A DNA stretch of 64,000 bases from Bacteroidales bacterium UBA1402 (GTDB taxonomy: Bacteria; Bacteroidota; Bacteroidia; Bacteroidales; UBA1402), in the NCBI GenBank assembly GCA_002305085.1, contig DBQE01000009.1, forward strand, positions 20,835 through 84,834, in the 5' to 3' direction. Shown here one piece after another: positions 10,232 to 20,881 of the stretch. Each line of letters starts with the position of its first letter. Positions within the stretch are counted from its first letter, which is position 1. The notes below the pieces were generated by a model. That model was not told where the DNA came from, made no database searches, and worked only from the letters and a program-made list of their open reading frames with translations. Position numbers and translations under genes: made by a program.

Positions 10232-10585
10232 TCACTTAATCAGTCTGTTGGTCGCGGTGTCGGGAAAAATAATACAGGGTTTAAATGTGCGTGCCTCTTC
10301 CGCATCCATCAAAGCATACGATAGTATAATCACGACATCGCCGGGTAAAGCCCTGCGAGCCGCAGCTCCATTAAGACAAATAACGCCGGAACCTCTCTTC
10401 CCTTTGATAACGTAAGTTTCGAAACGTTCTCCGTTATTGTTGTTCAATACCGTAACCTTTTCGTTGGGAATGAGGTTGGCAGCCTCAATCAGGTCTTCGT
10501 CGATAGTGATACTACCGATGTAATCCAGGTTGGCTTCCGTTACACGCACCCTGTGAATTTTTGATTTTAGGACCTCAATCAGCAT
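10232..10585 (-). CDS. panD: Aspartate 1-decarboxylase
   Basis: 117 aa. [29 protein letters not shown] with the Gly-Ser self-processing site. Overlaps the panC stop by 11 nt. Confidence 0.95.
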   Translation of the reverse strand: MLIEVLKSKIHRVRVTEANLDYIGSITIDEDLIEAANLIPNEKVTVLNNNNGERFETYVIKGKRGSGVICLNGAAARRALPGDVVIILSYALMDAEEARTFKPCIIFPDTATNRLIK

Positions 10586-11426
10586 TTTTATATACTATGT
10601 TATCTATTAAACGCACAGATCCGCAATATACCGCTATACATCCAACTACGCAGGCAGAATCTGTCCATTCTTGTATGCTTTGCAAGGTAGTTCCGTTAAC
10701 AATTTCGAAATAATCCAGACGAAGCATCGGCTCGGCATTGACCCCGTTAACTACAAACTCTTTGATTTCTGCCGGCCTTTTCTTCGAAACAAAGGTAAGG
10801 CTTTCAAATAAATATTTGGATATGAGGGCAGCTTTTCTTTTTTGCTCCGCTGTTAAAAGCTCATTGCGGCTGCTCATGGCTAATCCGCTCTCTTCCCGTA
10901 CAATGGGACAGGATACTATTTGAACTTTCATGTTCAGTTGTTCGACCATTTTGCGAACTATGAGCAATTGTTGAAAATCTTTTTGGCCAAAATAGGCCTT
11001 ACCGGGTTGCACCGCTTCAAAAAGCTTGCTTACAATTTGAGCGACTCCGTTGAAATGCCCTTTTCTGTACACACCCTCCATCACCTCTTCGAGGGGACCG
11101 AAATAAAAAAGACGAGTATCTTTTTCGGGGTACATTTCCTGTTCATCGGGCATGAATAACAAGCTGCAACCGGCTTTTTGCAACACTTCGGCGTCTTTTT
11201 CCGGTCGCCTGGGGTATTTGATTAAATCATCTTTATCGTTAAACTGCGTGGGATTTACAAAAACACTGCAAACACTAAAATCATTCTCCTGAACACAACG
11301 TTCTACCAAAGAAATATGCCCCCGATGTAAAGCTCCCATTGTGGGAACAAGCCCTACACTACAGCCTTTGCTGCGTTCTGCATCTAAAATTGTTCTTAGT
11401 TGATTTTTTGTTTTTACTACTTGCAT
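10575..11426 (-). CDS. panC: Pantoate--beta-alanine ligase
   Basis: 283 aa. [15 protein letters not shown] nucleotidyl-transferase motif, FGQKDFQQ and SSRN. Confidence 0.95.
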   Translation of the reverse strand: MQVVKTKNQLRTILDAERSKGCSVGLVPTMGALHRGHISLVERCVQENDFSVCSVFVNPTQFNDKDDLIKYPRRPEKDAEVLQKAGCSLLFMPDEQEMYPEKDTRLFYFGPLEEVMEGVYRKGHFNGVAQIVSKLFEAVQPGKAYFGQKDFQQLLIVRKMVEQLNMKVQIVSCPIVREESGLAMSSRNELLTAEQKRKAALISKYLFESLTFVSKKRPAEIKEFVVNGVNAEPMLRLDYFEIVNGTTLQSIQEWTDSACVVGCIAVYCGSVRLIDNIVYKNAD

Positions 11427-11542
11427 AAACGTCTGGAAGTTTGCTCGAATTCTCCCTTACAAGGAGGGCGCAAAAGAACCAATTTTTTACCATTTAAAAA
11501 AATAAAACGCTCATTTCTTGCACATCCACCTATTTTTTTTAG

Positions 11543-11550
11543 TATCTTTG
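11543..11550 (+). promoter_or_regulatory. -7 box TATCTTTG (TAnnTTTG)
   Basis: 30 nt upstream of ATG 11581. Confidence 0.5.
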
Positions 11551-11580
11551 CAGCCATATGTTTACAATCTTTATGTTTTT

Positions 11581-12393
11581 ATGAAACCGGCGAAAGTACT
11601 GTTCATCTGTCAAGAAATTATGCCTTATGTTCCCGAAACGGAACTTTCGTCCATCTGCCGCCGTTTACCTCAAATTGTTCAGGATAATGGTAATGAAATC
11701 AGGACTTTTATGCCTAAATACGGCTGTATAAACGAACGCAGAAACCAATTACACGAAGTAATCAGGTTGTCGGGCATGAACCTGATTATTGACGACAACG
11801 ATCATCCGCTGATTATCAAGGTCGCTTCCATCCAGGCGGCTCGTATGCAGGTTTATTTTATCGATAACGACGATTTTTTTCAACGCAAAGCCCTGGTTTG
11901 TGATGAATCGGGAGTTGATTTTGTTGATAACGACGAGAGGTCGATATTTTTTGTACGTGGAGTCATCGAAACAGTTAGAAAACTGCGCTGGACTCCCGAC
12001 ATTGTGCATTGCCACGGGTGGTTTTCAGCCCTAGCTCCCCTGTACATCAAAAAAGCTTTCGACGATGACCCCTATTTCAGAGAAGCCAAAGTAATTTATT
12101 CTATCTACGACGATGCTTTCGATAGCAACTTCCGGAAGCTTTTCAATCGCAAGTTGTTGCTGGAGGGCATAGAACAGGAAGACATAGAAGAAATCAAAAA
12201 TAAGACTGATTACGTTAATCTGTCGAAATTGGCCATTCGCCACGCTGACGGCATTATTCAGGCAAGCCAAAAAATCAACAGCAAAGTTAAGAAAGCAGCT
12301 GAAGAGTCGGGAAAGCCCTTTATGGTTGCCAACGAAAGTGAGGACTTCTCTGATTACGGCGAATTTTACGATCTTCTTTTAGAACAAGCCTAA
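11581..12393 (+). CDS. Short glycogen/starch-synthase-like protein (N-terminal GT5 half only)
   Basis: 270 aa from ATG 11581; the track start 11518 is TTG. MKPAKVLFICQEIMPYVPE... and VHCHGWFSALAPLYIK resemble the GlgA N-terminal domain. There is no KTGGL loop and no C-terminal GT-B half. Confidence 0.75.
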   Translation: MKPAKVLFICQEIMPYVPETELSSICRRLPQIVQDNGNEIRTFMPKYGCINERRNQLHEVIRLSGMNLIIDDNDHPLIIKVASIQAARMQVYFIDNDDFFQRKALVCDESGVDFVDNDERSIFFVRGVIETVRKLRWTPDIVHCHGWFSALAPLYIKKAFDDDPYFREAKVIYSIYDDAFDSNFRKLFNRKLLLEGIEQEDIEEIKNKTDYVNLSKLAIRHADGIIQASQKINSKVKKAAEESGKPFMVANESEDFSDYGEFYDLLLEQA

Positions 12394-12394
12394 T

Positions 12395-13747
12395 ATGCCC
12401 AAGCATTTAATCCCCGGCGTGTTGGTCACGCTATTGTTTACAGCGTTATCGTGCACGGAAGGTCAGTATACCGGAGGCAGCATACAACCGCCCGGCGATG
12501 TTGTATCGACCGATACGGCCAGTTTCTTTTTAACCACGGAAACCGTAAAAGTCGATTCCATTCTCTACAAAAACAGTGTCGCTCTTTTGGGAGAGTTCAC
12601 CGATGCTTTTTTTGGAACTACCCGGGCGGAATTTTTGGCTCAGGTATATTGTCCCTTTAATTTTACCTTCGATGCAAGCATCCGGCAAATCGATTCTGCT
12701 TATTTGTATTTATATTACAACGATTGGTTTGGCGATTCCCTGGCCTTGATGGAGATGAGCGTATATGAACTTACAAAAGCCATAGACCATACGAAGCCTT
12801 ATTACACCAACATCAATACGGACGATTACTACGATAAATCGATAAAATTAGGTTCAATCAGTTATTCTACAGGAGAACCCTTTACCGATATTAAAACATC
12901 GAGCGATTATTCCTGCATCCGGGTTAATATAGATACGGCCTTTGCCGGGGAAATACTCCGGAAAAACAGGAATCACCCGGAGTTTTTTACCAATCCGAGA
13001 GTTTTTGCCGATTCAGTGCTTCACGGCATTGCTGTCAGCCCCAGTTTCGGGAACGGAAACCTGATGTACATCAAACACGCCGAATTTGAATTCTGCTATC
13101 GATACAGCTACACCGATACTATGGGTGTGGTGAAAGACACTACCGGAGCGTGCTACTTCCCGGTAACCAAAGAGGTAAGGCAAATAAACAAGTATCAGCA
13201 CCCCGATCTGGCCGGCTACCTGCCCTTGAACAGCGGCGACTCTCTGAATTATATTTTTTCACCCGCAGGCTTGTTTACACGTATTGAATTGCCCATTGAA
13301 GAAATTCTTTCCAGGCTCGAAGGGAAAAACATCAACAGTGCCAGAATAAAAGCGGTAGTCACCAATCTTGACAACAGCAAATGGGGGATGCTCCCACCCG
13401 ATAACCTCTTGCTCCTGAAAGAAGAAGACGTCCACGATTTTTTTGCCGGCTACAACAACGCCGATAAGCTTTACTCCTTTTTAGCGGACTACAATACCCG
13501 AAACGATCTTTTTTCTTTTGATTTAAGTTCTTTCCTGCAAAAAACCGTGCGCAACGATAGCAGCAGCTTTAGACCCTATAACAAGTTGCTGATGATTCCC
13601 GTGAGCAAGATTAGATTGAATAATGTCTCGACGAGTACGCTTTTTTTGGTTCAAAACATTTTGCCTAACGCAGCCAAGATTCGCAGCGCAACACATCCTC
13701 AAAAACCCATGAAACTTGAGATTGTTTACAGCAACAAAGTTGAGTGA
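12395..13747 (+). CDS. Lipoprotein of unknown function (DUF4270-like by position and recollection)
   Basis: 450 aa with lipobox LFTALSC. Starts 1 nt after the short-GlgA stop. The family name comes from memory of Bacteroidetes synteny and has not been verified. Confidence 0.6.
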   Translation: MPKHLIPGVLVTLLFTALSCTEGQYTGGSIQPPGDVVSTDTASFFLTTETVKVDSILYKNSVALLGEFTDAFFGTTRAEFLAQVYCPFNFTFDASIRQIDSAYLYLYYNDWFGDSLALMEMSVYELTKAIDHTKPYYTNINTDDYYDKSIKLGSISYSTGEPFTDIKTSSDYSCIRVNIDTAFAGEILRKNRNHPEFFTNPRVFADSVLHGIAVSPSFGNGNLMYIKHAEFEFCYRYSYTDTMGVVKDTTGACYFPVTKEVRQINKYQHPDLAGYLPLNSGDSLNYIFSPAGLFTRIELPIEEILSRLEGKNINSARIKAVVTNLDNSKWGMLPPDNLLLLKEEDVHDFFAGYNNADKLYSFLADYNTRNDLFSFDLSSFLQKTVRNDSSSFRPYNKLLMIPVSKIRLNNVSTSTLFLVQNILPNAAKIRSATHPQKPMKLEIVYSNKVE

Positions 13748-13749
13748 AA

Positions 13750-14217
13750 TTATAGATTGAAGGATAAAGGCAATAAACTTGCAACCGATTCTGCCACAGC
13801 CACTTCTTTTTCTCCGCAGAGCAACAGCCTGATTGCTGAGTTTTGCCGATGCTCGCTTTCGAGTAAAACCTGCCTGCAACTTCCGCAGGGACTGATTGGA
13901 TTTTCAGTGAAAATTCCTTCTTTGTTGGCCGCCACGGCTAAACTAAGAACTCTGTTTTGGGGATATGTCGCATTAGCATAAAACAGCACAACACGTTCAG
14001 CGCAAAGTCCCGAAGGATATGCGGCATTCTCCTGATTATTAGCCACCAATATTTCCCCATTGTCAAGCAACAATGCCGAGCCCACTTTAAATCCCGAATA
14101 GGGCGCATAAGCATCTAAACTGGCCTTTTTGGCAGCTTCAATCAATTCTTTTTCCTGCTTGCTCAATTCATCAAAGGAACAAAATGTTATATTTGTCTTG
14201 ATTTCTTTTTTGTACAT
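13750..14217 (-). CDS. cdd: Cytidine deaminase
   Basis: 155 aa. Zinc motifs CAERVVL and PCGSCRQVL. Confidence 0.9.
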   Translation of the reverse strand: MYKKEIKTNITFCSFDELSKQEKELIEAAKKASLDAYAPYSGFKVGSALLLDNGEILVANNQENAAYPSGLCAERVVLFYANATYPQNRVLSLAVAANKEGIFTENPISPCGSCRQVLLESEHRQNSAIRLLLCGEKEVAVAESVASLLPLSFNL

Positions 14218-14243
14218 CTGGACTGATTTTTACGTCTTCAGCA

Positions 14244-14251
14244 CAAAAATA
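14244..14251 (-). promoter_or_regulatory. -7 box (CAAAAATA on + strand, TAnnTTTG on - strand)
   Basis: 26 nt upstream of the cdd ATG (14217). Confidence 0.45.
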
Positions 14252-14259
14252 CCATTTCT

Positions 14260-15426
14260 ATGAGCAGATTTACATTTTTAACTTTATTTGTTTTAAGCTT
14301 TTTTTGTCTCCCTCTACAGGCACAGGAACGCTTGAAGCCTTATGAAGACTATATCCGAAAATACACCCCGCTGGCGATGACACAACAAGTCGTATACGGC
14401 ATACCTGCCAGCATAACTCTTGCGCAGGGCCTGCTGGAGTCGGGTGCAGGCAACAGCACCCTGGCAAAAAACAGCAATAATCACTTTGGGATAAAATGCC
14501 ACAACGACTGGAAAGGAAAAACCTATTCTCATTTTGATGACGGAGAAATGAGCTGCTTTAGAAAATATTCCAAGGTAGAAGAATCTTATAAAGATCACTC
14601 CATATTTCTGAGTGAGAGAGAGCGTTACGCCTTTTTATTTGATTTGAACATAAAAAACTACAAAGGCTGGGCCAGGGGTTTAAAGAAAGCCGGTTATGCC
14701 ACAGATCGCCATTACGATAAGAAACTGATAAAAATTATTGAACAGTACGATTTGAACAAGATAGATAAACTGGCACTCAACAAACGAAGGGCAAAAAAGC
14801 TTATCCGGAACTGGGATAAGGAATATCCCGAAGAAATTGCGAAGGCCGAAAAACCGTCCGTCCAAACGGGGTCAAAAACCAGAACTCAAAAGGAGAAATC
14901 ACCAAAGGTTGAAAAAAGCAGTAAAAAACAAGAACCCGCAATCGGCAAAAAAATCCAGCCTGCCGAAAAAGCCAAAGATTATAGCTACATTGCCGAAACC
15001 AGCAGAGAAAGACAAATTCAGCGCAACGAACGTAACGAACGCACCGACAACCTGCCCCACGTTATTAACGCCGTACAAAACCACACGATTTTATATAAGG
15101 GTCTGACACCGTATATCATTGCACAATACGGAGATAACTTCGACAATATCTCCGATGAATTCGGCTTAAGCCCTCAGCGCCTAAAAAAATGGAACGAATG
15201 GCCTCCAAGGTATAAAATTTCGGTAGGAGACATTGTCTTCCTGAGTAAAAAAGCTCAGTCATGGGACGGCGAAGACGGTGTCTATGTGGTTCGCGAAGGA
15301 GACAGCATGCACAGTATTTCACAACAGTTCGGACTTCGGGTAAGCGCGATTTACCAATTGAATGGAATGGAATTTGGCGAAAGTCTCGAGGTTGGTCAGG
15401 AATTAAAATTGAGGGCTCAGGAATAA
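14260..15426 (+). CDS. Peptidoglycan glucosaminidase (GH73-like) with two LysM repeats
   Basis: Signal peptide. TLAQGLLESGAGNS...NHFGIKC glucosaminidase region, a K/E-rich linker and two C-terminal LysM-like units (YIIAQYGDNFDNISDEFGL; YVVREGDSMHSISQQFGL). Confidence 0.85.
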   Translation: MSRFTFLTLFVLSFFCLPLQAQERLKPYEDYIRKYTPLAMTQQVVYGIPASITLAQGLLESGAGNSTLAKNSNNHFGIKCHNDWKGKTYSHFDDGEMSCFRKYSKVEESYKDHSIFLSERERYAFLFDLNIKNYKGWARGLKKAGYATDRHYDKKLIKIIEQYDLNKIDKLALNKRRAKKLIRNWDKEYPEEIAKAEKPSVQTGSKTRTQKEKSPKVEKSSKKQEPAIGKKIQPAEKAKDYSYIAETSRERQIQRNERNERTDNLPHVINAVQNHTILYKGLTPYIIAQYGDNFDNISDEFGLSPQRLKKWNEWPPRYKISVGDIVFLSKKAQSWDGEDGVYVVREGDSMHSISQQFGLRVSAIYQLNGMEFGESLEVGQELKLRAQE

Positions 15427-15445
15427 AAAATAGCAAAGCTTTTCA

Positions 15446-15453
15446 TACCTTTG
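15446..15453 (+). promoter_or_regulatory. -7 box TACCTTTG
   Basis: 28 nt upstream of the guaA ATG (15482). Confidence 0.5.
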
Positions 15454-15481
15454 CACTCCAAATAGTGTCAATTCCCCCATT

Positions 15482-17002
15482 ATGCAAGAAAAAATTGTCG
15501 TACTCGATTTCGGGTCTAAGACCACTCAACTTATTGCCAGGCGCATAAGAGAACTTAAAGCCTTTTGTGAAATCTATCCTTACAACAAATTCCCCGAAAA
15601 TACCGACGGTATTAAAGGGGTCATCCTATCGGGCAGCCCCTTTTCAGTTTACGACAAAAACGCCTTCGACTTTGATTTAAAATTGATAAGAAAGAAATTC
15701 CCTTTGCTGGGTATTTGTTACGGAGCCCAATTGATTGTCCACAAAGCCGGCGGGAAAATAGAGGCCTCCAAAAACAGAGAATATGGAAGGGCATTTTTTG
15801 AATCAGTCAACACCAACGATGTCTTGTTCAAGGGACTTAATCCCCTGGCTCCTGTTTGGATGTCGCAAGGGGATAATATCACCCAACTGCCCGCTGAATT
15901 CGAAAAAATCGCTCTGACCACGGATATTCCGGTTGCTGCGTTCAAAGCCCGGGGAGAAGCCACCTGGGGCGTTCAATTTCACCCCGAGGCGCTCCAAACC
16001 GAAGAAGGCAGTAAAATTCTGAGCAACTTTTTGGATCTTTGTAACTGTGCCCGAAACTGGACACCGGCTTCGTTTATCGAATCGACGGTGGTTGAATTGA
16101 AAAGAACCCTGGGAAACGATAAGGTGGTCTTAGGCTTGTCCGGCGGGGTAGATTCCTCTGTCACTGCCTTGCTGCTCAACAAAGCCATCGGCAAAAATCT
16201 TACCTGCATCTTTGTAGATCACGGGCTTTTACGCAAATACGAATTTGAAACGGTATTGAAAGATTATGAATCTTTCGGATTGAACGTGATCGGTGTAGAA
16301 GCCAAAGAAAAATTCTATCGCGAACTGGCAGGTGTCAGCGATCCCGAACAAAAAAGAAAAATCATAGGCAAAGGATTTATTGATGTTTTCGACGAAGAAG
16401 CCAAAAGGCTGGACAACATTCAATGGTTGGGACAAGGCACCATTTATCCGGATATTATCGAATCATTGTCCATTACAGGAACAACTATAAAAAGCCATCA
16501 TAACGTGGGCGGCTTGCCGGAAGTAATGAAACTTAAACTGGTTGAACCATTGAAACTTCTGTTCAAGGACGAAGTTCGCCGTGTCGGCGCCGCTTTGGGT
16601 ATGCCCAAAAGATTTATCGACAGACATCCCTTCCCGGGGCCCGGATTAGCTGTCCGCATTTTAGGTGATATTACACCCGAGAAAGTGCGTATCCTGCAAG
16701 ACGCCGATCATATTTTTATATCCCTTCTGCACGAGTGGGGTCTCTACGATAAAGTCTGGCAGGCATTGACAGTCTTGCTTCCTGTCCGCTCCGTGGGTAT
16801 CATGGGCGACGAACGCACCTACGAAAATGCAGTGGTTTTGCGGGCTGTTACTTCGACCGATGCCATGACCGCAGAATGGTCTCCATTGCCTTATGACTTT
16901 TTGGCAAAAGTATCTAACGACATCATAAACAAGGTAAAGGGCGTGAATCGCGTTACCTACGACATCAGTTCGAAACCCCCTGCTACCATTGAATGGGAAT
17001 AA
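15482..17002 (+). CDS. guaA: GMP synthase (glutamine-hydrolysing)
   Basis: 506 aa. GATase [10 protein letters not shown]...QFHPE and ATP-pyrophosphatase LSGGVDSS. Confidence 0.95.
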   Translation: MQEKIVVLDFGSKTTQLIARRIRELKAFCEIYPYNKFPENTDGIKGVILSGSPFSVYDKNAFDFDLKLIRKKFPLLGICYGAQLIVHKAGGKIEASKNREYGRAFFESVNTNDVLFKGLNPLAPVWMSQGDNITQLPAEFEKIALTTDIPVAAFKARGEATWGVQFHPEALQTEEGSKILSNFLDLCNCARNWTPASFIESTVVELKRTLGNDKVVLGLSGGVDSSVTALLLNKAIGKNLTCIFVDHGLLRKYEFETVLKDYESFGLNVIGVEAKEKFYRELAGVSDPEQKRKIIGKGFIDVFDEEAKRLDNIQWLGQGTIYPDIIESLSITGTTIKSHHNVGGLPEVMKLKLVEPLKLLFKDEVRRVGAALGMPKRFIDRHPFPGPGLAVRILGDITPEKVRILQDADHIFISLLHEWGLYDKVWQALTVLLPVRSVGIMGDERTYENAVVLRAVTSTDAMTAEWSPLPYDFLAKVSNDIINKVKGVNRVTYDISSKPPATIEWE

Positions 17003-17005
17003 ACA

Positions 17006-17836
17006 TCAGGGGTTCATATTGATCAGACCGCCGTTACCGCTGCCCGTCATCGTAATTTTAGGATATCCCAGGTAATAAATATTACCGCTGCCGTTGACAA
17101 TAATGTTCAGTTCGTTGCTCACATTAATGTAAGCGCAACCTGAGCCGTTGACGCGGATGTCGTACCTTTTGGTAAACAAGTCGCTGGCTTCAAGTTTTCC
17201 GGTTCCCTCTATCCTAAGATCCACATAATCACATAGTCCGCTCAGGTTGATGCCACCCGAGCCGTCTATATCAATGTCCAGTTTTTCCGAGGAAATGCTA
17301 TCGACGGTGCAAACTCCGCTACCATCGATATCAATATTGGTTTGTCCGGATTTTACATACGGCGCATTGATTTTACCGGAACCGGAAATATCCATAGTAA
17401 GGTTCTCACATTCTGCAGACTCGTTGTAAATGATTTCTCCGGAGCCTGACAAGGATAAGGTGAGATTGCCGGAATGTAATTCATCAACGACCATTCTACC
17501 CGATCCGCTGAGTTCCGCAAATTTAAGCAAGGGAGTGGCCGCGTAAACTTTAATTGGCATATTGTTGGCTATCAACACATTGTTCTTTTTATCTACAACC
17601 AGCTTATTTCTAACAAATTTTGTTACTACGTATTGCAGAATATTCGATTCACACTCTACTTCCACTTTGCAACTATCAGCATAATATAAATACACTTCAA
17701 ATCCACCCCTTGAATCCACTTCGCTAAAAGAACCACTGGAACGCATTGCTTTAACAAGCACTCCATCGCCTTCGATTCTGGTGCATGAGCAAATCATACT
17801 CATGATAAAAATGATGGCACCTAAATACTTTAACAT
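17006..17836 (-). CDS. DUF2807/GIN-domain beta-helical protein (putative lipoprotein)
   Basis: 276 aa with N-terminal IMSMICSC. Nine ~20-aa rungs each centred on G-S/T-G (LSGSGRM, LSGSGEI, ISGSGKI, IDGSGVC, IDGSGGI, IEGTGKL, VNGSGCA, VNGSGNI, MTGSGNG). Confidence 0.7.
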   Translation of the reverse strand: MLKYLGAIIFIMSMICSCTRIEGDGVLVKAMRSSGSFSEVDSRGGFEVYLYYADSCKVEVECESNILQYVVTKFVRNKLVVDKKNNVLIANNMPIKVYAATPLLKFAELSGSGRMVVDELHSGNLTLSLSGSGEIIYNESAECENLTMDISGSGKINAPYVKSGQTNIDIDGSGVCTVDSISSEKLDIDIDGSGGINLSGLCDYVDLRIEGTGKLEASDLFTKRYDIRVNGSGCAYINVSNELNIIVNGSGNIYYLGYPKITMTGSGNGGLINMNP

Positions 17837-17865
17837 AAGATTTCGTGTATTAATAAATGTAGCCT

Positions 17866-17906
17866 CCTTTAAAAGAAACGTTGTCCGGGTTAATACCCGA
17901 ACAACG
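17866..17906 (-). terminator. Intrinsic terminator of the M16 peptidase gene
   Basis: On the minus-strand RNA there is a 12-bp stem (cguuguucgggu/acccggacaacg, one G-U) with loop auua, followed by UUUCUUUU. The same stem on the plus strand would have a C-A mismatch. The stem includes the stop codon (17890-17892). Confidence 0.65.
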
Positions 17907-20790
17907 TTTCCAATTCTAATTTAGTTACCGGTCCATACTGAGCTAAGTTATCGAAATCCACCTCTTTTTCATCACCCAGCACGCAATAGCTGTAGGAGCG
18001 GTTTTTAATCCATTGTTGCTGGAAGTTTTTAAGGTCTTCCAGATTGAGATCGGTCAGACTTTCATATAAATATTTGCGGGAATCTTCTTCCAATCCGTAA
18101 TCAAGGGCATCCAGATAAGCCCAGAGTATGTTGGAACGTAAAATCCTTTCGGTGCGCAGTCTGGAAAAAAGACCGTCTTTGGCAAGTTTGAAGGCGGCTT
18201 CCGATTCGGGCATATCTTCGATAATTTGATTGAAGGCTTGCAAAGCATCGTCCATTTTGTCGGTTTGCGTTGCAATGACGCTAACCATGGAATAGGGGCG
18301 GCCGGCCCTGGACGGAGTCACATAAGCAGCGGCGGCCATGTAAGCCAGACCTCTGGCTTCGCGCATTTCCTGAAATACTATGGAGTTCATGCCTCCGCCA
18401 AAATATTCATTATACAAAGTGGTCAAAGGTTCCTTTTGCAGATCAAATACTTCCCCATTATTGGAATACATAGACAAATAGAGCTGTTTGGCATTGTATT
18501 GGGCAAATAAGACCTGGTTGTTCTCTGTCAATAAATAGGGGAATTCTTTGGGGACCGGCAATTCAAACAATGTCTCCGGTACCAGGTGTTTTTCTTTTAA
18601 TACACTTGTCAATTGTTCTTTTGAATCCGGACCATAATACAATACTTTGTGACTATAGGAGGTCAGTTTATTTAAAACTTCGATTAATTCTTCGGGTTTA
18701 AGATTTAACAGCTCCTGATCACTTAAAACATTCGTGGCCGGGGAGCCGGGTCCGTAAACAGCGTAATTGCGCAACATGTTGAAAATACGGCTTTGGCTCA
18801 ACTTGGCATTGCCCCTGCTTTTTAGGACATCCTGGATCATGTTGTCAAATGCCTGTTGATTGACCTGAGCATCAAACAGTAATTTTTCAAGTAAATTCAA
18901 TGCTTCGGGCATATTTTCTCCCAGTCCCGTCAGTCGAATCTGTGCTTTTTCGGAACCGACAGACAAATTGTAAGAACAGGCCATTTTGTAGAACTCGCTT
19001 TTAATTTGTTCTGCGGTAAATTCGGAAGTACCCAAATAATTCAAATACGAAAAAGCCAAACTCAATAATTTGTTGGTATTGGTACCCATATCAAACCAAT
19101 AAGTCAATTCAAAAAGATCATCGGTTTGATTTTGGATGTATAACACAGGAAGGTCGGCTTGTACCATGAAACGCGAAAAATCTTTTTTGAAATCCAAAAA
19201 GACGGGCTGTATGGGTTTTACTATCGTCTGCTGAATCTCTTTCAGGAAAGCACTGACGGTATCCCGGTTGGTCAGAATGGGAGTGATTTCGGGTTTTGCA
19301 ATCTTTTTTTCGTTTGGGTCGATTCCCTGCCGTTTGTAGACTAAAGCATAGCCATCGTTGAACCATTTATTGGCAAAAGCCACCACGTCTTCTTTGCTGA
19401 TCTTGCTCAGATCATCCATCCGTTTAACTTCGTCCGCCCAATCCAACTCATTAATAAAGGCTCTGACATACATATCGGCGCGGCCGTTGTTGCTTTGCAT
19501 TTCTCTGATTCTACTCAACTTTAAATTATTGATACTGGCCTCAAGCAAATAATCATCGAAGGCTCCGGCTTTCAATTTGGCCATTTCTTCCAATAACAAA
19601 TCTTTGACTTCTTCGAGGCTCTGCCCTTCTTTGGGCCTGCCCTGTATGACATAAGCGCTGTAATCGGCCATCTCATAAGCTCCGGAAAAGGCGTTCAGCA
19701 CTTTCTGTTGCTGGATAAGGTCCAGGTCGATTAAACCGGCTTTGCCGTTGCTTAAAATCATATCGGTCAGGGTAAGCAGATTGAACTCTTCGTCACCAAT
19801 GCCCACACAACCCCAGCCTAAGGTGACGTTTTCGGCATCGTTACCCAAAACCTCACAAACAACCGGCTCACTCAAGACCTTCCCCTCTTCATATTCCAGT
19901 TCAGGTATGGAAACGGCAGGCTTCATCTCTCCAAAATATTTTTTTATCACCTGAATCATTTCTTTGGGATTGAAATCTCCCGAAAGACAAATGGCCATGT
20001 TGTTAGGCACATAATAAGTGCTGTAATAATTCTTGATGTTGGTAATAGAGGGGTTTTTCAAGTGTTCCTGGGTACCGAGCACTGTTTGGGTACCGTAGGG
20101 ATGGTGCGGAAAAAGTATGGCTAATACCTTCTCGTACACTTTACGGGAATCGTTGGTCAAGGACATGTTTTTTTCTTCATAAACGGTTTCCAGTTCTGTA
20201 TGAAAACCACGAATCACATTGTTTTGAAAACGGTCTGCCTGGATTTTTGCCCAATTCTCAATTTGATTTGAAGGAATATCCTCGGTATAAACAGTCATAT
20301 CAAAGCCCGTATAGGCATTGGTTCCCGAAGCGCCAATGGCTGTCATGAGTTTGTCATACTCGTTGGGAATAAATAACTTGGAGGCTTCATAAGAAAGGCT
20401 GTCGATTGTTTTGTAAATAGCTTTGCGTTCTGCCTCGTCAGTCTTAGACCTGTATTCTTCGAACAGGGCTTCAATCCGGTCAAGTATCGGTTTTTCCAGT
20501 TCGTAGTTCATGGTCCCGAACTGCTTGCTGCCTTTAAACATGAGGTGTTCAAAATAGTGGGCCAAACCTGTGGTTTCGGCAGGATCGTTCTTTGCTCCCA
20601 CTTTGACTGCGATATAAGTTTGTATACGAGGCTCGTCTTTATTTACGGTCATATACACTTTAAGGCCGTTGTCCAAGGTGTATATTCTGGTATTCATAGG
20701 ATCTCCGGGTACACATTCATAACCCCGATCGCATGCGCTGAAAAGCAAGATTAACAGCCAAGCCAGACTTAAAAATTTGATTGTTTTCAT
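17890..20790 (-). CDS. M16 (pitrilysin/insulinase) family zinc peptidase, double-unit
   Basis: HYFEHLMFKGS (HxxEH). About 965 aa. Signal and lipobox LLILLFSAC. ATG at 20790; the track start 20829 is TTG. Confidence 0.85.
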   Translation of the reverse strand: MKTIKFLSLAWLLILLFSACDRGYECVPGDPMNTRIYTLDNGLKVYMTVNKDEPRIQTYIAVKVGAKNDPAETTGLAHYFEHLMFKGSKQFGTMNYELEKPILDRIEALFEEYRSKTDEAERKAIYKTIDSLSYEASKLFIPNEYDKLMTAIGASGTNAYTGFDMTVYTEDIPSNQIENWAKIQADRFQNNVIRGFHTELETVYEEKNMSLTNDSRKVYEKVLAILFPHHPYGTQTVLGTQEHLKNPSITNIKNYYSTYYVPNNMAICLSGDFNPKEMIQVIKKYFGEMKPAVSIPELEYEEGKVLSEPVVCEVLGNDAENVTLGWGCVGIGDEEFNLLTLTDMILSNGKAGLIDLDLIQQQKVLNAFSGAYEMADYSAYVIQGRPKEGQSLEEVKDLLLEEMAKLKAGAFDDYLLEASINNLKLSRIREMQSNNGRADMYVRAFINELDWADEVKRMDDLSKISKEDVVAFANKWFNDGYALVYKRQGIDPNEKKIAKPEITPILTNRDTVSAFLKEIQQTIVKPIQPVFLDFKKDFSRFMVQADLPVLYIQNQTDDLFELTYWFDMGTNTNKLLSLAFSYLNYLGTSEFTAEQIKSEFYKMACSYNLSVGSEKAQIRLTGLGENMPEALNLLEKLLFDAQVNQQAFDNMIQDVLKSRGNAKLSQSRIFNMLRNYAVYGPGSPATNVLSDQELLNLKPEELIEVLNKLTSYSHKVLYYGPDSKEQLTSVLKEKHLVPETLFELPVPKEFPYLLTENNQVLFAQYNAKQLYLSMYSNNGEVFDLQKEPLTTLYNEYFGGGMNSIVFQEMREARGLAYMAAAAYVTPSRAGRPYSMVSVIATQTDKMDDALQAFNQIIEDMPESEAAFKLAKDGLFSRLRTERILRSNILWAYLDALDYGLEEDSRKYLYESLTDLNLEDLKNFQQQWIKNRSYSYCVLGDEKEVDFDNLAQYGPVTKLELETLFGY

Positions 20791-20826
20791 AAGAACAGTA
20801 TTTACGGGTATTAGCTTATATTGTGC

Positions 20827-20834
20827 CAAAAGTA
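20827..20834 (-). promoter_or_regulatory. -7 box (CAAAAGTA on + strand)
   Basis: 36 nt upstream of the M16 ATG (20790). Confidence 0.45.
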
Positions 20835-20847
20835 ATGTTTTTTTTCG

Positions 20848-20855
20848 TTCCTTTG
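20848..20855 (+). promoter_or_regulatory. Imperfect -7 box TTCCTTTG (one mismatch to TAnnTTTG)
   Basis: 26 nt upstream of the helicase ATG (20882), the same spacing as the perfect boxes elsewhere. Confidence 0.3.
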
Positions 20856-20881
20856 CATAGATTATTTAATTCTTTGGTTGA

